A stretch of DNA of 64,000 nt from Candidatus Obscuribacteraceae bacterium. GTDB lineage: Bacteria; Cyanobacteriota; Vampirovibrionia; Obscuribacterales; Obscuribacteraceae. Positions 60,876 through 64,000 of the stretch are shown here, piece by piece (within the stretch, counting starts at the first letter, position 1; the number at the start of each line of letters is the position of its first letter). The notes below the pieces were generated by a model that did no database searches, was not told the DNA's origin, and saw only the letters and a program-made list of their open reading frames with translations. The stretch covers positions 384,001 to 448,000 of the forward strand of contig JBGAHS010000005.1 in NCBI GenBank assembly GCA_044226015.1, given 5' to 3'. The position numbers were made by a program, and so were the translations under genes.

Positions 60876-62357
60876 ATGAAAATAACCAGAGACAAGAGTT
60901 CTTTGAGCTTCTCAGACTGTTTGCACAGCAGCGAGCTCAAGAAGAAGACGTTGTTTACATTACTGTTTCTCGCTTTATATAAGCTCATTTCCTTGATTGC
61001 TGTTCCTTTTATTCCGAAAGAGATTTTGTTGAACAATCCATTTCTCACAAGTAAGTTGGCAGAGATGTACGACTTGTTTACGGGCGGAACTTTGACTTCG
61101 CTTTCAATATTGTCTCTGGGTATAGGTCCCTACATATCAGCATCGATAATTATTCAGCTCTGGAGTAGTGTTTCAGAAAGACTGAAAGCCCTGAAGGAAG
61201 AGGGGTCGAAAGGGCGTGAGAAGCTGCAGCAGATTACCTGGGCACTCGCCTTCGTCATTGCTGTTATTGAAGCTATTGGTCTGGCGAAAACGGTATGTAC
61301 GGCCGCGCTGGCGCCAGGGGCTCCACTGCTGATAATGTTCCTGTCGATTGCTTTGAGTTTGACCCTCGGTGCTGCGATTTGTGTGTTGTTGTCAGAATTA
61401 ATCAGCAAGAAGGGTATTGGCAGCGGTTCTTCATTGCTTATTTGCGTCGGCATAGTGGGGCGTATCCCCATGATGGTGAAGGACACTATCACAGCTTTAG
61501 ATGCACATATTACGTCACCGCTGGCAGTGACAGCTATGTTACTTGTTCTAGCTGCGGCGACCTATGCTGCTGTGCTCATGCAGAAAAGTATGAAGCGCTT
61601 GCTAATCGTTGGTGGTAAAGCCCCCGTTGGTAAGTTGCCTATGCCCGAAAATCATCTGTATCTTCCGGTGAACCCTGCCGGAGTAATGCCAATTATTTTT
61701 GCATCGCAAACACTCTTCTTCTTGCAGATGCTGTCACATTTTGTTGTGGATAAGCTTGCTGCGTTTCACGCAGGTTTGCTTAGCGACAAAATTTGTGGTG
61801 GCGCCTATAGCGCGCTTTCATCAAATCAGATCTACCAAGCCATTGTGCTGTCTCTTTGGGCAGAGAGCAGTAATTTATTCGACTATGGGCACTGGGAGTA
61901 CTATGTTCTTTTTACAATTTTGATTCTCACATTTTCGGTGTTTTACACTGATATTGTTTTGCCGCCCAAAGATATAGCTGAGAATCTTCGCAGCAGAAAC
62001 AAGATCATAGCCGGCGTGCGCCCAGGTAGACCTACGCTCAGCTATCTAAAAAAGACCTGTAAGAAGCTTGCGCTAGTCGGAGCTGCAGCTACGGCGCTAA
62101 TTTCATTGATTCCAACACAGGTTGCTCACCTCACGCAGGTTGAATCATTGTTGGGGTTTGGAAGTACATCCTTGTTTATTCTCACTGGGGTGGTGCTGGA
62201 CACGCAGAGACAGATGATTGCATGTGTCTCTAGTTCAAAGACACATCGTCGTTATTTGTTGACTCCACCGAAAGTTGACAAAGCACTTAACAATAAAGAA
62301 GAGCAATCTTACAGTGACAAAGATAACGACGATGATAGCCTTAAACTTACCGTTTAA
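60876..62357 (+). CDS. secY: Preprotein translocase subunit SecY (stand-alone copy)
   Basis: LGIGPYISASIIIQL, KGIGSG, AGVMPIIFA, GVRPG, GFGSTSL. The track start is 60822. Confidence 0.88.
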   Translation: MKITRDKSSLSFSDCLHSSELKKKTLFTLLFLALYKLISLIAVPFIPKEILLNNPFLTSKLAEMYDLFTGGTLTSLSILSLGIGPYISASIIIQLWSSVSERLKALKEEGSKGREKLQQITWALAFVIAVIEAIGLAKTVCTAALAPGAPLLIMFLSIALSLTLGAAICVLLSELISKKGIGSGSSLLICVGIVGRIPMMVKDTITALDAHITSPLAVTAMLLVLAAATYAAVLMQKSMKRLLIVGGKAPVGKLPMPENHLYLPVNPAGVMPIIFASQTLFFLQMLSHFVVDKLAAFHAGLLSDKICGGAYSALSSNQIYQAIVLSLWAESSNLFDYGHWEYYVLFTILILTFSVFYTDIVLPPKDIAENLRSRNKIIAGVRPGRPTLSYLKKTCKKLALVGAAATALISLIPTQVAHLTQVESLLGFGSTSLFILTGVVLDTQRQMIACVSSSKTHRRYLLTPPKVDKALNNKEEQSYSDKDNDDDSLKLTV

Positions 62358-62412
62358 TCTGTAAAAATTTTGTTCTGCTAGAATGACCCTTCGCCAAATA
62401 TGGAGAGATAAA

Positions 62413-62988
62413 ATGGCTTTGACAAATTCAACAATGCTGCCACTAGGAACTCAGGCTCCCGACTTCCACTTACCTGATGTGCTGAGTGGAAAAACTATTA
62501 GTCTTGCAAATTTTTCTGGAAAACAGGGACTGTTGGTGATGTTCATCTGCAAGCACTGCCCTTACGTCAAGCACATAGAAAACGAGTTGGCTTTAATTGG
62601 CAGAGATTACGCTTCGAAAAACATTGGTATAGTCGCAATTTCGAGCAATGACGTTACGACTCATCCAGAAGATTCTCCTGAGAAATTGAAAGGCTTTGCT
62701 GAGGCGCTCGCGTTTAATTTCCCGCTTTGTTATGACGAGTCGCAGGCTGTGGCAAAAGCCTACACAGCAGCTTGTACACCCGATTTCTTTTTATTTGATG
62801 CAAACTTCAAGTTGGTTTATCGTGGGCAGCTTGATGAGAGCCGACCCGGAAATGATAAACCTGTTACAGGCAAAGATTTGCGCGCTGCCCTTGATGCGGT
62901 TGCCAGTTCTTGTGCGGTTAATGCTGATCAAAAGCCCAGTGCTGGCTGCAACATCAAATGGAAAGCAGGTTCTGAACCTAAGTACTAA
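62413..62988 (+). CDS. Thioredoxin/AhpC-TSA family protein
   Basis: MFICKHCPYV, AISSND, AACTPDF, YRGQLD, GCNIKW. Confidence 0.92.
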   Translation: MALTNSTMLPLGTQAPDFHLPDVLSGKTISLANFSGKQGLLVMFICKHCPYVKHIENELALIGRDYASKNIGIVAISSNDVTTHPEDSPEKLKGFAEALAFNFPLCYDESQAVAKAYTAACTPDFFLFDANFKLVYRGQLDESRPGNDKPVTGKDLRAALDAVASSCAVNADQKPSAGCNIKWKAGSEPKY

Positions 62989-63057
62989 GATGCAATTATC
63001 GAGATGTCGGGCAAGCCTCTGATACTTCGATAAATGTTTCGCCTGACGACAGTTCGC

Positions 63058-63091
63058 AAAAAAAAGCAGTGCTAATTGCACTGCTTTTTTA
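63058..63091. terminator. Bidirectional rho-independent terminator
   Basis: A9-GCAGTGC-taatt-GCACTGC-T6 between convergent genes. Confidence 0.85.
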
Positions 63092-63108
63092 ATTTCACGG
63101 TTGGAAGA

Positions 63109-63675
63109 TTATTTCTTAGTTGTTGTGCTTGGTTTGCTTGCTGCCGCGCCGGCGTTTTGAAACCCTGTCTGATTTGCCTTCAAATAATCGACGACAAATT
63201 GATTGCTGAGTTCTTCAACAACTGTATCCGGCTTGCCTTTGGTGAAGGACTTTTCTGAGTAGGTCACAGCGCGAATTGCAATTTTAGGGTTGCGTTCTAA
63301 TGTTGCCCACTGCATCACCTTAAGCTCACCAACAGTATGACTGCCGAATTTGTTGAACGAAATTTGTACGATAGCATCGGCGCCTTTCTTCGAAGAAGCC
63401 ATCTTAACCATTGGCTCGCAGCTTATATTGAGTTGCGCCAACTTCGCTCCCATTATTTTTTCGAGAGGTCCAAAATCATGAAAACCGACGACCCGATATG
63501 CGATTGAGCGAATGCCAGTAAGCGATGGCAACATCAAATCTTGCCTGATCGCTCTTCTTTTTGCTGTGACTTCATCAGGACTCATGGGAGGTTCACTTCC
63601 ACTTGCAGCTTGAACCGCTGGCGAGAGAAGTGCCATTAGCAGCGACAGAACACTTAAAGCTTTTATTGCTGACAT
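63109..63675 (-). CDS. Secreted hypothetical protein
   Basis: MSAIKALSVLSLLMALLSPAVQA signal peptide from ATG 63675. Confidence 0.7.
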   Translation of the reverse strand: MSAIKALSVLSLLMALLSPAVQAASGSEPPMSPDEVTAKRRAIRQDLMLPSLTGIRSIAYRVVGFHDFGPLEKIMGAKLAQLNISCEPMVKMASSKKGADAIVQISFNKFGSHTVGELKVMQWATLERNPKIAIRAVTYSEKSFTKGKPDTVVEELSNQFVVDYLKANQTGFQNAGAAASKPSTTTKK

Positions 63676-64000
63676 CGGTAAGTTCCCGTATTGAATGGTG
63701 CGGCTTGCGAGTATATCACCTTGTTTTCCAGTTCCAAAGTTAGGACTGAGCGCGAAATTAAGCTTCAGAATCTTAGACCAAACCTCGATATAATATTGTT
63801 GAGGGTCAAGTTGCTGCCAAGGAGAGCGTACTATGCGCCAGAAAATTTGGATATTGCTTGGGTTGAGTTTGATTGTAGGGTCATTCAATGCAAGTACAAC
63901 ACGAGTTTTAGCTCAAGGAGCTGAAACAGCAGCCGACCAGAGTGCTTTTCAAGATGATGAGGAAATGATGCGTCTCAATGGCGCTCAAGTTAACCAGGTA

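Noticed and set aside
63908..64000. Possible 3' end of a minus-strand gene at the right edge
   Set aside because: Only 30 codons and no motif; cannot be supported.

Overview
This is a 64 kb bacterial chromosomal segment, densely coding, with mid-range GC. Gene content suggests a non-photosynthetic cyanobacterial relative (Melainabacteria/Vampirovibrionia); this is inference from the RRM protein, c6-like cytochrome, Tad-like pilins and many orphan secreted proteins. No rRNA, tRNA, CRISPR array or transposase was seen. Recognisable genes include hemH, an ABC-F ATPase, several peptidases and amidohydrolases, a TM0106-type nuclease-helicase, def, a complete kdpFABCDE locus with two small ORFs absent from the ORF track, and a stand-alone secY. 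The most interesting element is a tightly coupled six-gene operon at 34234-41435: PqqD/RRE protein, ATP-grasp ligase, fold-III PLP decarboxylase, urea-transporter/M23-peptidase fusion, and a BaeS/BaeR-like two-component system. It has a tandem BaeR-type box (TCTCCATA x2) in its promoter and no visible precursor peptide. The decarboxylase N-terminus carries a leader-like WxxPxI motif. Other oddities are two long low-complexity proteins (one SYG/RK-repeat with a possible ribbon-helix-helix tail, one Q/N prion-like), a degenerate GGDEF protein near orphan Tad pilins, and a membrane pseudokinase. All family assignments come from motif recognition by eye, not from database searches.
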